From: Chitinivibrionales bacterium
Lineage (GTDB): Bacteria > Fibrobacterota > Chitinivibrionia > Chitinivibrionales > WJKA01
Length of the DNA: 64,000 nt
Assembly (NCBI GenBank): GCA_038247415.1
Contig: JBBRUX010000002.1
Coordinates: forward strand, 77,370 to 141,369
Reading direction: 5' to 3'
A model generated the notes under the pieces. The model was not told the origin of the DNA, did not search any database, and worked only from the letters and a program-made list of their open reading frames with translations. A program made the position numbers and the translations under genes. This document shows positions 28,092-36,772 of the stretch, one piece after another. The number at the start of each line of letters is the position of its first letter. The stretch's first letter is position 1.

Positions 28092-29987
28092 TTATTCGGA
28101 AATAGCAAAAACATCTTTGAGGGTGCGTGTTGCTGCCGAAGCAACAAAGGGATCACGAAAGGGATGCGATGCGATATTTTTTAAAAGAGGAATTGCTTTA
28201 CGAGCACGCAGTTTACCAAGTTCGTTAATAGCAGCAATGCGAGTACCAAACGAAGCAGCATATGCTACATCGAGCATATATACCTGCGCCATATCAACTC
28301 CCGCATGAGCGGCGATCTTAATATGAACCCCATTCCAGCGTTTGTTATAGTCTTTATTGTAAACCCATGAACTAATCATGGGGTTACGGGCGCACCGCAA
28401 ATAAGATGCATACACATTCACACATTCATCGGGAATAAGAGATCGAGTATAGCGCATAATGCAATCATCTGCTATGACTCGATGTACTTCGGCTAAGCGT
28501 GACTTTCCACCAAAACATGTTTGAGCATTTTCAAAAAGCTTGTTGGCATTGGAACAATCATCTTTTTTGAGGGCAATCCAGGCTAAAAGAATATTCCCAT
28601 ACGCCTCGGTATTTTTAGCTTCGATAAGCGTTGTCGCGAGATTTTTTGCATCATCAAATTTTTGATTGATGATAAGAAGCGATCCTGCATTGAAAAGTTT
28701 TTTTAGAGGCCATCGATGCGCATATTCTTCTGGGGCTTGAGCAGCAATATAGGCATCATCAAAAGAAACGGTGGTGGTGATGTAATCGTAGAACTGCATA
28801 AGTGCCGCGAAAAGAACTACGAGTGCACAACAAATTCCAGCAATGCGTACCCATGGTTTGCGAAGTTCTCGAAAAAAAGAAGAGGTATGCGTTGAAATGA
28901 TTCCCATGCTCTTAGTAATAGTGGCCGCCCATTGGGCTCTCTGGTGTCGCAAAAGAGGAACTTTTTGGCTACCAAGACTTTGTATAATAATGGAAATACC
29001 TTTAATGCCATACGATACAACGGTTTTAGAGGTATTCGCTAATTTTGAAAATCTTTGACTAAACAAAGCTAGATCATCGTGTATAGTACCTTCCGAAGAA
29101 GACCCAGATGCTTGCGATTGAGGTGAAGGTTTAACATCGAGAAGCTGTGAAAAAGCTTCTATACAATCGGTGGCGGTTTGTATGCGTTGTTTACGGTTTG
29201 ATATCAGCATTGCGTTAACAAGAGATTCGATTTCTGGCGAAATACCCTCGCACAGCGTTGATAATTTTGGTTGGTCGCCTTTTATGGTAGCAAAGGCGGT
29301 TGCAGCAATAGTATCCCTAAGAAATGGATGGTGCCCAGAAAGCATTTCGTAAAGAACAACACCTAAACTAAAAATATCGGCTCGAGAATCTGCAATGTAT
29401 CCGTCAAGTTGTTCCGGAGCCATATATCCAGGAGAGCCAACAACCGAACCATCGCTGGTATGCATGGCAAATGGCGCTTTTGCCACGCCAAAATCGGTAA
29501 GTTTTGCTCTACCGCTGTGAGAATCGATAAGAATATTGGCTGGCTTTACATCGCGGTGTACTATTTCCCGTGAATGCGCGTGATGTAAGGCAGAGGCAAT
29601 ATCTAAGGTAATGGTAAGAGCTTGCTGAGGAGAAAGCTTTTTAAGGCGTTTGAGGAGAGCATAGAGGGATTCGCCCTCAACAAATTCAAAAGCGATCCAG
29701 GGTATACCATTCTCTTCACCAGCATCAAAAATACTTACAATAGTTTGTAGATGAAGCTTGGCAACCGATTTAGCTTCGGATTGAAAGCGTTTAAGAAATT
29801 CTTCTTTTTTTTCGGGATCCAGATGAGGATCGAGCCGAATTACTTTGAGTGCGACATTACGCTGTAAAACAGGATCGAGCGCAAGATAAACACTTCCCAT
29901 ACCGCCTTCGCCCAAAAGCGAGATTGTAGAATATCGCCCAAAGGTTGTCGAGGGTAAAGCAGATGGAAGAGGTGGTTTCGTTTTCAT
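28092..29987 (-). CDS. Hanks-type Ser/Thr protein kinase with TM segment and helical C-terminal domain
   Basis: GEGGMG, VALK, HRDVKPAN, DFG, GSPGYMAPEQ. Likely start at 29987. Confidence 0.93.
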   Translation of the reverse strand: MKTKPPLPSALPSTTFGRYSTISLLGEGGMGSVYLALDPVLQRNVALKVIRLDPHLDPEKKEEFLKRFQSEAKSVAKLHLQTIVSIFDAGEENGIPWIAFEFVEGESLYALLKRLKKLSPQQALTITLDIASALHHAHSREIVHRDVKPANILIDSHSGRAKLTDFGVAKAPFAMHTSDGSVVGSPGYMAPEQLDGYIADSRADIFSLGVVLYEMLSGHHPFLRDTIAATAFATIKGDQPKLSTLCEGISPEIESLVNAMLISNRKQRIQTATDCIEAFSQLLDVKPSPQSQASGSSSEGTIHDDLALFSQRFSKLANTSKTVVSYGIKGISIIIQSLGSQKVPLLRHQRAQWAATITKSMGIISTHTSSFFRELRKPWVRIAGICCALVVLFAALMQFYDYITTTVSFDDAYIAAQAPEEYAHRWPLKKLFNAGSLLIINQKFDDAKNLATTLIEAKNTEAYGNILLAWIALKKDDCSNANKLFENAQTCFGGKSRLAEVHRVIADDCIMRYTRSLIPDECVNVYASYLRCARNPMISSWVYNKDYNKRWNGVHIKIAAHAGVDMAQVYMLDVAYAASFGTRIAAINELGKLRARKAIPLLKNIASHPFRDPFVASAATRTLKDVFAISE

Positions 29988-30058
29988 GACATTGGCAATT
30001 CTTAACTCAACAAAAATATTTTTTTTGCAAAAGCACAGTAAGCAGACATCACTAACTG

Positions 30059-30478
30059 CTATTTCGAAAGAATACTGAGATCTTGTTGCGCCCAAAAATT
30101 ACTTGCTGTTTTATAGTGAAGACGAATCCGATACTGTGTTGCATTCATAGCGCCAAAACCATTACGGGAAACGACGGGGCCCCAGATAAGATAGGTGCAA
30201 TTTCCTTTGTAAAGAAGCCCAGCAGATGAATCACGAACAAAGAGTGCGGATTTGGGATTTTGAAGATTTTTAGCAACCAAAGATTCAGCATGCGCAATTG
30301 CTAGAGTAGTATCTGTACAGATTTGCGCTACATTTGAGGGAATCTTTTTTTTAGTGCTTACAATAAGACCAATAAGAATAGTGAGGCCTACAAAACACGC
30401 CAGAACAAAGAGCATTATTCCTAAAATATCAAAGTGTCGCGTGGCTGATTTTTTAGGAGTTTTTTTGGCGTCTGGCAT
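30059..30478 (-). CDS. Hypothetical membrane-anchored protein
   Basis: One TM helix, L.NPKSA.F and V.SRNGFGA motifs. AAGGA RBS before ATG 30478. Confidence 0.7.
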   Translation of the reverse strand: MPDAKKTPKKSATRHFDILGIMLFVLACFVGLTILIGLIVSTKKKIPSNVAQICTDTTLAIAHAESLVAKNLQNPKSALFVRDSSAGLLYKGNCTYLIWGPVVSRNGFGAMNATQYRIRLHYKTASNFWAQQDLSILSK

Positions 30479-30570
30479 GACAAAATCCTTCGATGAGAAC
30501 GGATTGAATGTATATTGATCGTAAAAATAGATCATGCAGAAAATATGCAGCTTTTTTACGAGGTGAAAGT

Positions 30571-31392
30571 ATGTCTAAGGATAAAAAAGCAAAGGTGCAA
30601 GTTCCCCCTAAAAAGAGAAGTGATCCAGGTGTTGCGCGTCATGAGCTCGTGGCGTTTCTTGATGAATTTTTGGGTACTACCAAAATAGCAGACTCTTCGT
30701 GCAATGGATTACAAGTTGAAGGAGCGGCAATTGTTAAAAAAGTAGGCGTTGCAGTTGATGCATGCATCGAGACTTATACTAAGGCATGTGAACAAAAGTG
30801 CCAGATGCTTATTGTGCATCATGGTTTAATTTGGTCTGGAATAACGACGGTCCAAGGAAGAGTTCGTAATCATTTAAAGTATATGCTCGAGCACGAACTT
30901 AACCTGTATGCATCTCATTTGCCGCTTGATGCTCATAAAGTTGTTGGAAATAATATGCAACTTGCTCATATTATAGGACTTACAGACATAGAGCCTGCAT
31001 TCTCGTACCGGGCGGAAATTATCGGCGTTAAAGGAAACCTTCCTAAAAAACAGGATTGTAGAAGTATCGCGAAAATGCTTCAAAAAGGAATTGGTGGTCA
31101 ACCGCAAGTGCTTGATTTTAATAAGAAAAGTATTGAAACTGTTGGAATTGTGTCGGGAGGTGGGGCATCGGATCTTGGTCAGGCGGTTGCAATGGGGCTC
31201 GATTGTTTTATCACAGGGGAATCATCACATAGCGCATACCACATTGCGCTCGAAGCGGGCATTAGCGTTATTTATGGTGGTCATTATTTTACAGAAACTG
31301 TGGGAGTTCGGGCACTAGGGCACATACTACAAAAGCAGTTTAGCCTGGACGTAGAATTTATTGACGTCCCAGTACAACAAGTTTATTTATAA
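30571..31392 (+). CDS. Nif3-like dinuclear metal center protein
   Basis: NGLQVEG, VHHG, HLPLDAH, GGHYFTE. GAGGTG RBS before ATG 30571. Confidence 0.95.
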   Translation: MSKDKKAKVQVPPKKRSDPGVARHELVAFLDEFLGTTKIADSSCNGLQVEGAAIVKKVGVAVDACIETYTKACEQKCQMLIVHHGLIWSGITTVQGRVRNHLKYMLEHELNLYASHLPLDAHKVVGNNMQLAHIIGLTDIEPAFSYRAEIIGVKGNLPKKQDCRSIAKMLQKGIGGQPQVLDFNKKSIETVGIVSGGGASDLGQAVAMGLDCFITGESSHSAYHIALEAGISVIYGGHYFTETVGVRALGHILQKQFSLDVEFIDVPVQQVYL

Positions 31393-31468
31393 AGAGTTAG
31401 AACAATAATATATAATTTTTGTGTATGCTATAGGACCTCTCACCGCGTACAATTCCCCAAACCTGGCG

Positions 31469-31903
31469 CTAAATATCATAGGTAGAGGACACAGCATGCG
31501 TATCCATTTCTACGGCATCTGCAAGAGTAATTGATGAAAGCAGCTTTGTTTCAGTATCATGAAGTTTTTTCCAAATTTGTTGAGCTGCGCAGCCATGAAT
31601 CCTTGTACACGTCTCGGGTTTTTCGATGCAATCTACAGGAGCAATCGAACCTTCGAGCGCGTTGACGATTTCGAGAATGGTAATAGTACTAGCTGATCTG
31701 GCCAGAATAAATCCACCATGGGCGCCCCGAGAGGTGTTTATGATACCAGCGTTTTTGAGAGCAATAAGAATATTTTCAAGATAGCCGTGCGAGATATTTT
31801 GGGCAAGCGCAATATCTTTGCGTTTTACAGCTAAACTTGAATGACGTTTTCCTATTTCGATTAATGCGCGCAAGCCGTAACGGCATTTAGTTGAAAGTTT
31901 CAT
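31469..31903 (-). CDS. Rrf2 family transcriptional regulator (three Cys, probably Fe-S binding)
   Basis: MKLSTKCRYGLRAL, YLENIL..LK.AG, SRGAHGGF, C-x6-C-x5-C. Confidence 0.95.
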   Translation of the reverse strand: MKLSTKCRYGLRALIEIGKRHSSLAVKRKDIALAQNISHGYLENILIALKNAGIINTSRGAHGGFILARSASTITILEIVNALEGSIAPVDCIEKPETCTRIHGCAAQQIWKKLHDTETKLLSSITLADAVEMDTHAVSSTYDI

Positions 31904-32063
31904 AAGAGGTTCACACTTTAATAATTGTTTAGATAACCAGTTTTGTTAATAAACTCACTAAAGATAAAATATATTAACGCGCACAGGGCCTTAAGGCCAG
32001 ATTAGTTATTGTAAGGGCGATGGGGTTTTGTTTTGATCAATTAACAAAAAAAGAATAAAAATC

Positions 32064-32473
32064 TGAGCATTCCGACTTCGCCGGCGCCCCCACCCCTTCG
32101 GGCGCCCAAAGGAAGTACCCTTGGGGTATTTTCCGATGCGTCTTCGTTAATGGGCTCTTGCTTCGCAAGCCGGCCTTTCATGCCATGCGGCACTACGTGC
32201 CTGAGGCATTCAAGACTGAAAGCTTTACTCCGTTTTGCTTTCACCCCTCTCTGCGTCGGAGAGGGGTGAGGCTTAAATGTCAATAAATCCCATAGTTCTT
32301 CTTCAGGGTAGCCCCGTTGCCTTTTGCGACAGGCAGGACTGGAGTGTGATGGATGAACAGCGGGAATCCATTAGTCTGGAGAGACCTCGGTGCAACGCAC
32401 CGCAGGGTTTGACAGACCGGCTCACGAAGTGAGAGCACGTAAGGGGGGCAAACGGTGAAACCGGGTCGCCCGG
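32064..32473. repeat. GC-rich non-coding block of stacked hairpins (REP/MITE-like element cluster or structured RNA)
   Basis: Hairpins at 32083-32106, 32111-32134, 32157-32169, 32189-32201, 32241-32269 (11-bp stem), 32388-32402, 32421-32433 and 32461-32473. Confidence 0.55.
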
Positions 32474-32729
32474 ATCAAAATCTACATTTTAAATGCAAAT
32501 ACAACGACTTATTCTAAAGGCTACTAGTAGAAAATAATGCCACACTAAAGATATCTACAGGTTATAGCCCTTTTGGGGTAAGTATCTCGCCATAATCGTT
32601 GGTGATTTTCTCGGCACGTAGTATTTTTGCAAAGGTCTTTTTGTTTGATCAAGACAGCTTAAAGCCTTTGGATTTTCAAAATTCAAAATCCTAGAGAAAC
32701 CATCCAAACGAACCAAGGAGTGCATACCG

Positions 32730-33518
32730 GTGAATATCGTAGTCTGCATTAAGCAAGTCCCCGGCTCTACACAGGTAAAAATTAATCCCGAAACGGGAAC
32801 ACTTATCCGGGATAGTGTTGAAGCGATTGTTAATCCATTTGATGAGTATGCAATCGAGGAAGCTTTGCGCATTAAGGAAATTAATGGCGCAACCGTAAAG
32901 GTTATAACGATGGGGCCACCCCAAGCTACCGATGCATTACGAAGTGCAATTGCCATGGGTGCCGACGAAGCCTTTTTGGTATCGGATCGGGCATTTGCAG
33001 GTTCCGATACATGGGCGACATCGTATACATTATCTCGCGGCATAAAGTCTCTTGGTGTCGTGGATCTTATTATTTGCGGAAAGCAAGCAATCGATGGCGA
33101 TACCGCACAAGTAGGTCCAGGTGTTGCCGAAATGCTTAATATTCCCTACGTTGCGTGGGTTCGCAAAATAGAAGAAATTACAGAAAACCGCATTCGTGTT
33201 CAACGGCTTATGGAAGATGGCTACGATGTGGTAGAAATGCCATTGCCCGGGCTTATTACGGTTATCAAAGAAATTAATCAACCACGCCTTGCTTCACTTA
33301 AAGGTAAAATGCGTGCGAAGAAGATAGAAATTCCAACGCTTACTGCCGAAATGCTTGGGGTAGATCTTAACAAAACAGGATTAAAGGGTAGCCCAACACA
33401 AGTGTTTCGGTCTTTTGTTCCACAAAAAAGAGGCGGTGGAGAAAAAATAAGTGGCGATACTGCAACGCTTGTTGAAAAGATAACATCAACTATCCTTGAA
33501 ATGAAGGTAATTAAATAA
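32730..33518 (+). CDS. etfB: Electron transfer flavoprotein beta subunit
   Basis: VCIKQVP, NPFDEYAIEEAL, DRAFAGSDT, GKQAIDGDTAQVGP. AAGGAG RBS. Confidence 0.97.
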   Translation: MNIVVCIKQVPGSTQVKINPETGTLIRDSVEAIVNPFDEYAIEEALRIKEINGATVKVITMGPPQATDALRSAIAMGADEAFLVSDRAFAGSDTWATSYTLSRGIKSLGVVDLIICGKQAIDGDTAQVGPGVAEMLNIPYVAWVRKIEEITENRIRVQRLMEDGYDVVEMPLPGLITVIKEINQPRLASLKGKMRAKKIEIPTLTAEMLGVDLNKTGLKGSPTQVFRSFVPQKRGGGEKISGDTATLVEKITSTILEMKVIK

Positions 33519-33531
33519 AGAGGGGATCGTA

Positions 33532-34734
33532 ATGGGAATTAGCGTAAGTCTAGAAAAATGCATTGGATGTGGTTTGTGTGTGCGCTCCTGTGCTCCAAAA
33601 GCAATTTCACTGGTTGATAAAAAAGCAGTTATAGATCTTTCGGCATGTACCATGTGTGGAGCATGCGTTGACGCCTGCAAACGTTACGAAGCAATAACCA
33701 TCGCTAAAGAAAATGTAGGTGGTTGTGATGTTTCGTTGTATGCGAATGTCGCAGTATTTATCGAACAGGGCGACGGCCATATCCATGGTGTATCATACGA
33801 AGTTTTGGGCGAAGGCCGTAAGCTCGCTACTGCATTACAAGAAAAGCTCATTGCAGTGGTGCTAGGGCACGATATGAAAGCAACCGCAGAAGAGCTTATT
33901 AAATATGGTGCCGACAAGGTCGTGTATTTTGATGGCCCCGATTGCAAAAGCTTTCGCGACGATACCTATGCGGCGCTTGTTACCCGATTTATCGAAGAAG
34001 AAAAACCCGCTATTGTTCTGGCTGGTGGGACAGCTATAGGACGTTCTTTTCTGCCCAAAGTTGCTGCCCGAGTATATGGTGGCTTAACAGCCGACTGCAC
34101 CACGCTTGAAGTTGACCCAGAGAAAAAGTTGCTCTTGGGGACACGTCCGGCTTTTGGTGGAAACCTCATGGCTACCATTATTGCGCCACATCATCGGCCG
34201 CAGCTTGCTACTGTGCGACACAAAGTAATGAAGCCAGCTGTTTTTGATGCTTCCCGAACTGGCGAAATGGTTATTCATACTGTTGCAAACGGAGCGGTGC
34301 AAGAGCGCACAACCATTGTGGATATTGTTAAGGAAATAGAATCTACAATAAATATAGCCGAGGCCGATATTGTTGTTGCCGGTGGACGAGGTATGCAAAG
34401 CGCAGAGAATATGAAGCTATTGCGCGACCTTGCAGAATCTTTGGGTGGCGCAGTTGGTGCAAGTAGAGCTGCCGTAGATAATGGCTGGATAGCATATAGC
34501 CATCAGGTTGGACAAACAGGAAAAACGGTGTGCCCAAAGCTCTATATTGCGTGTGGTATTTCCGGGTCTGTTCAACATATGGCCGGAATGTCTTCATCAG
34601 AGTTTATTATTGCCATCAATTCCGATTCTAATGCAGATATTTTCCAAATTGCAAATCTTGGGATTGTAGGAAACGCGCTCGAAATAGTTCCTGCGCTTAC
34701 TGCAGCGTTTAAGAAAGCTCGATCGGTAGCGTAA
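33532..34734 (+). CDS. etfA: Electron transfer flavoprotein alpha subunit with N-terminal 2x[4Fe-4S] ferredoxin
   Basis: CIGCGLCVRSC and CTMCGACVDAC, GLTADCT, RPAFGGN, QVGQTGKTV.PKLYIACGISG. Confidence 0.96.
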   Translation: MGISVSLEKCIGCGLCVRSCAPKAISLVDKKAVIDLSACTMCGACVDACKRYEAITIAKENVGGCDVSLYANVAVFIEQGDGHIHGVSYEVLGEGRKLATALQEKLIAVVLGHDMKATAEELIKYGADKVVYFDGPDCKSFRDDTYAALVTRFIEEEKPAIVLAGGTAIGRSFLPKVAARVYGGLTADCTTLEVDPEKKLLLGTRPAFGGNLMATIIAPHHRPQLATVRHKVMKPAVFDASRTGEMVIHTVANGAVQERTTIVDIVKEIESTINIAEADIVVAGGRGMQSAENMKLLRDLAESLGGAVGASRAAVDNGWIAYSHQVGQTGKTVCPKLYIACGISGSVQHMAGMSSSEFIIAINSDSNADIFQIANLGIVGNALEIVPALTAAFKKARSVA

Positions 34735-34771
34735 GTACAAATTACGCGTGTGTTCTTGTTTGATTCTGTTT

Positions 34772-34809
34772 AGGTACCCACTGCACTCGAATGCATGGGT
34801 ACCTTTTTT
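34772..34809 (+). terminator. Rho-independent terminator after etfA
   Basis: AGGTACCCA..TGCA/TGCA..TGGGTACCT stem followed by a T-run. Confidence 0.65.
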
Positions 34810-34822
34810 GTAAGGAGGGTGC

Positions 34823-35587
34823 TTGGAATTTTCTATAACAGATCTGTCGTATTCATATGCAGCCGGCATACCGCCAAGTCTTGATGGTATATCCACGGCC
34901 ATGAACTCTGCAGAAATAACGGGCCTCGCGGGTGCAAACGGAAGCGGAAAAACAACGCTTATTCGCATTCTGCTCGGTCAATTGGTTGATTTTAAAGGCA
35001 CCTATTCTATAAATAAAAAAACAATATCAGATGTCACGGGTTCGGTGTGTGCCAAGTATGCAATAGGTTATTCTCCCGATACCCCCATTCTCGATGAAGT
35101 CTTGACACCACACGAAATTGCATCTATGGTGGCACTCATGCATGAGACACCAAAAAATGTATTTGATAGCGATATTGCTTTCTTTAAAGAAACACTAGAC
35201 ATTGGTGATTGGTGGCATCGCAAAACATGCCAGCAGCTTTCGCATGGCATGCGAAAAAAAGTATCAATTGCGTTAGCCTATTTGGCAAACCCGGCATTTG
35301 TCATTTTAGATGAACCGGTAAATGGATTAGATCCTGTTGCCGTGGCAGGATTGCGAAGACTCGTTGTTGCCAAAAAGAACAGTGGTATTGGGGCTCTTGT
35401 TGTGTCACATATTCTTGACTTTATAGAAAAATGTGCCGACACCGTAGTTCTCTTATGCTACAGCAAACTTATCTTTAGTGGATCACTCTCTTTGCTTAAA
35501 TCAGAACATCCATCGAAGGCAACGCTCGAAGAAATTTATCTTTCGCTTTTTGGATTGCAATCGCAGATAGAACCCCCGGTACATTAA
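34823..35587 (+). CDS. ABC transporter ATP-binding protein
   Basis: GANGSGKTT, LSHGM signature, ILDEP, SH switch. AAGGAGGG RBS, TTG start. Confidence 0.92.
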   Translation: MEFSITDLSYSYAAGIPPSLDGISTAMNSAEITGLAGANGSGKTTLIRILLGQLVDFKGTYSINKKTISDVTGSVCAKYAIGYSPDTPILDEVLTPHEIASMVALMHETPKNVFDSDIAFFKETLDIGDWWHRKTCQQLSHGMRKKVSIALAYLANPAFVILDEPVNGLDPVAVAGLRRLVVAKKNSGIGALVVSHILDFIEKCADTVVLLCYSKLIFSGSLSLLKSEHPSKATLEEIYLSLFGLQSQIEPPVH

Positions 35588-35593
35588 TTTTCT

Positions 35594-36772
35594 ATGGAAA
35601 CATTTTCCCCACGACGCCCGGTTACTATAGCTTCTTCGTTATTTGGCTATAGAAGTTCTATGCTCCCGCTTTTTATTGCGGGATGCGTTTTAGGGATGCT
35701 TGGTGGGAAAATTCCCGAAGCAGAGTTTGCGCTTTTTTTTCCCATACCCGGTTTTTATTTGTATGTTGTTGCACGCGTTTTTCGTTTTGTTCGATACCCG
35801 CGCGAAGACACATGGGCATTTGTGCTCTTGCTCACGTATCCAAAGCGTAAACAACTGGCTGTCCACTTTTTAAATGGCATGAGTAAAGATTGTATCCTCT
35901 TAACCATAACAGCCCTTGTTTTGTTTGCTAGCGCGCGCTTTTCATCGGGAGTACAAGCACCCAGTGTGAGCTCGGCGCTTTCAACAATGCTCTTTATTGC
36001 ATTGCAAATTCCAATCTTTCATTTTGTTTTGCGTGGTGGCATTGCGGTTGGATTTTTTGGGCCAGTTCGCCACGATTCTCGACCGTTTTTTGTTTTTACT
36101 GTAGGATCAGCATCGTTTTGGGAAAAAGTTGCTTCTGCAAGAATTGCTGTTGCCACAGCGCTTGGGTCGTGGACATCTAATCCGGTCCGTTTTCATCTCA
36201 CAAGAATACTACTGTATATTATACGACAAGATCTCTTTGGGTTTTTGCTGTCGTATGTATTTGCACTAACCCTATCAGTTCTTTTTAGTATACTTCTGGG
36301 AAAAAATAATGGTGCTGCAATAGGATTATGCTTTTGCGCAGGAATCTTATTTGTATGTACCCGATTAACAGAATTACTACGCACGGCGCACACGACACTC
36401 TTGACATGTGAGTACTATCGCGCTACGGGAGAAGGGTTAAACAAGGCATACAGTATACTGGCGAGCATCTTAATAGTTCCCTTGTGTGTTCTGTATCCTC
36501 TTGTATATCTTTGGCTCACACATGGTTCTGTATGGTATGCACTGGTTACTATCATAACCTTTTTTGTTGCAGCTGCAACGTGTTTACTGTATACTGTGTC
36601 GTCGTGGAAACTTTTGGCGTCCGATGGCATAACCGTTGGCAATTTTGGAACACTAATCTTGTGCCTCTTAATAGGACTCTCCATCCCCTGGTATGGTGGA
36701 GCATTTATCCTCTTTTCAGCAGTGGCGATACGCTTTACAATGCAACGTTCATTAAGACTTCCAAAAAAATAA
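35594..36772 (+). CDS. Polytopic membrane protein, probable ABC permease partner
   Basis: Many hydrophobic segments; starts 6 bp after the ATPase gene. Confidence 0.65.
   Translation: METFSPRRPVTIASSLFGYRSSMLPLFIAGCVLGMLGGKIPEAEFALFFPIPGFYLYVVARVFRFVRYPREDTWAFVLLLTYPKRKQLAVHFLNGMSKDCILLTITALVLFASARFSSGVQAPSVSSALSTMLFIALQIPIFHFVLRGGIAVGFFGPVRHDSRPFFVFTVGSASFWEKVASARIAVATALGSWTSNPVRFHLTRILLYIIRQDLFGFLLSYVFALTLSVLFSILLGKNNGAAIGLCFCAGILFVCTRLTELLRTAHTTLLTCEYYRATGEGLNKAYSILASILIVPLCVLYPLVYLWLTHGSVWYALVTIITFFVAAATCLLYTVSSWKLLASDGITVGNFGTLILCLLIGLSIPWYGGAFILFSAVAIRFTMQRSLRLPKK

Noticed and set aside
32041..32283. 80-aa minus-strand ORF
   Set aside because: Lies wholly within the hairpin array, has no RBS or protein-like features, and is probably a by-product of the repeats.
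32340..32420. Glycine riboswitch-like words (GGATGAAC, CTGGAGAGACC, CACCG.AGG)
   Set aside because: The conserved CTC/TTCAGG 3' strand is missing in the right place, CACCG is tied up in a local hairpin, and no glycine gene is downstream.
32609..32631. Possible sigma54 promoter (CGGCACG...TTGC) upstream of etfB
   Set aside because: Spacing between the GG and GC elements is too long for a -24/-12 promoter.
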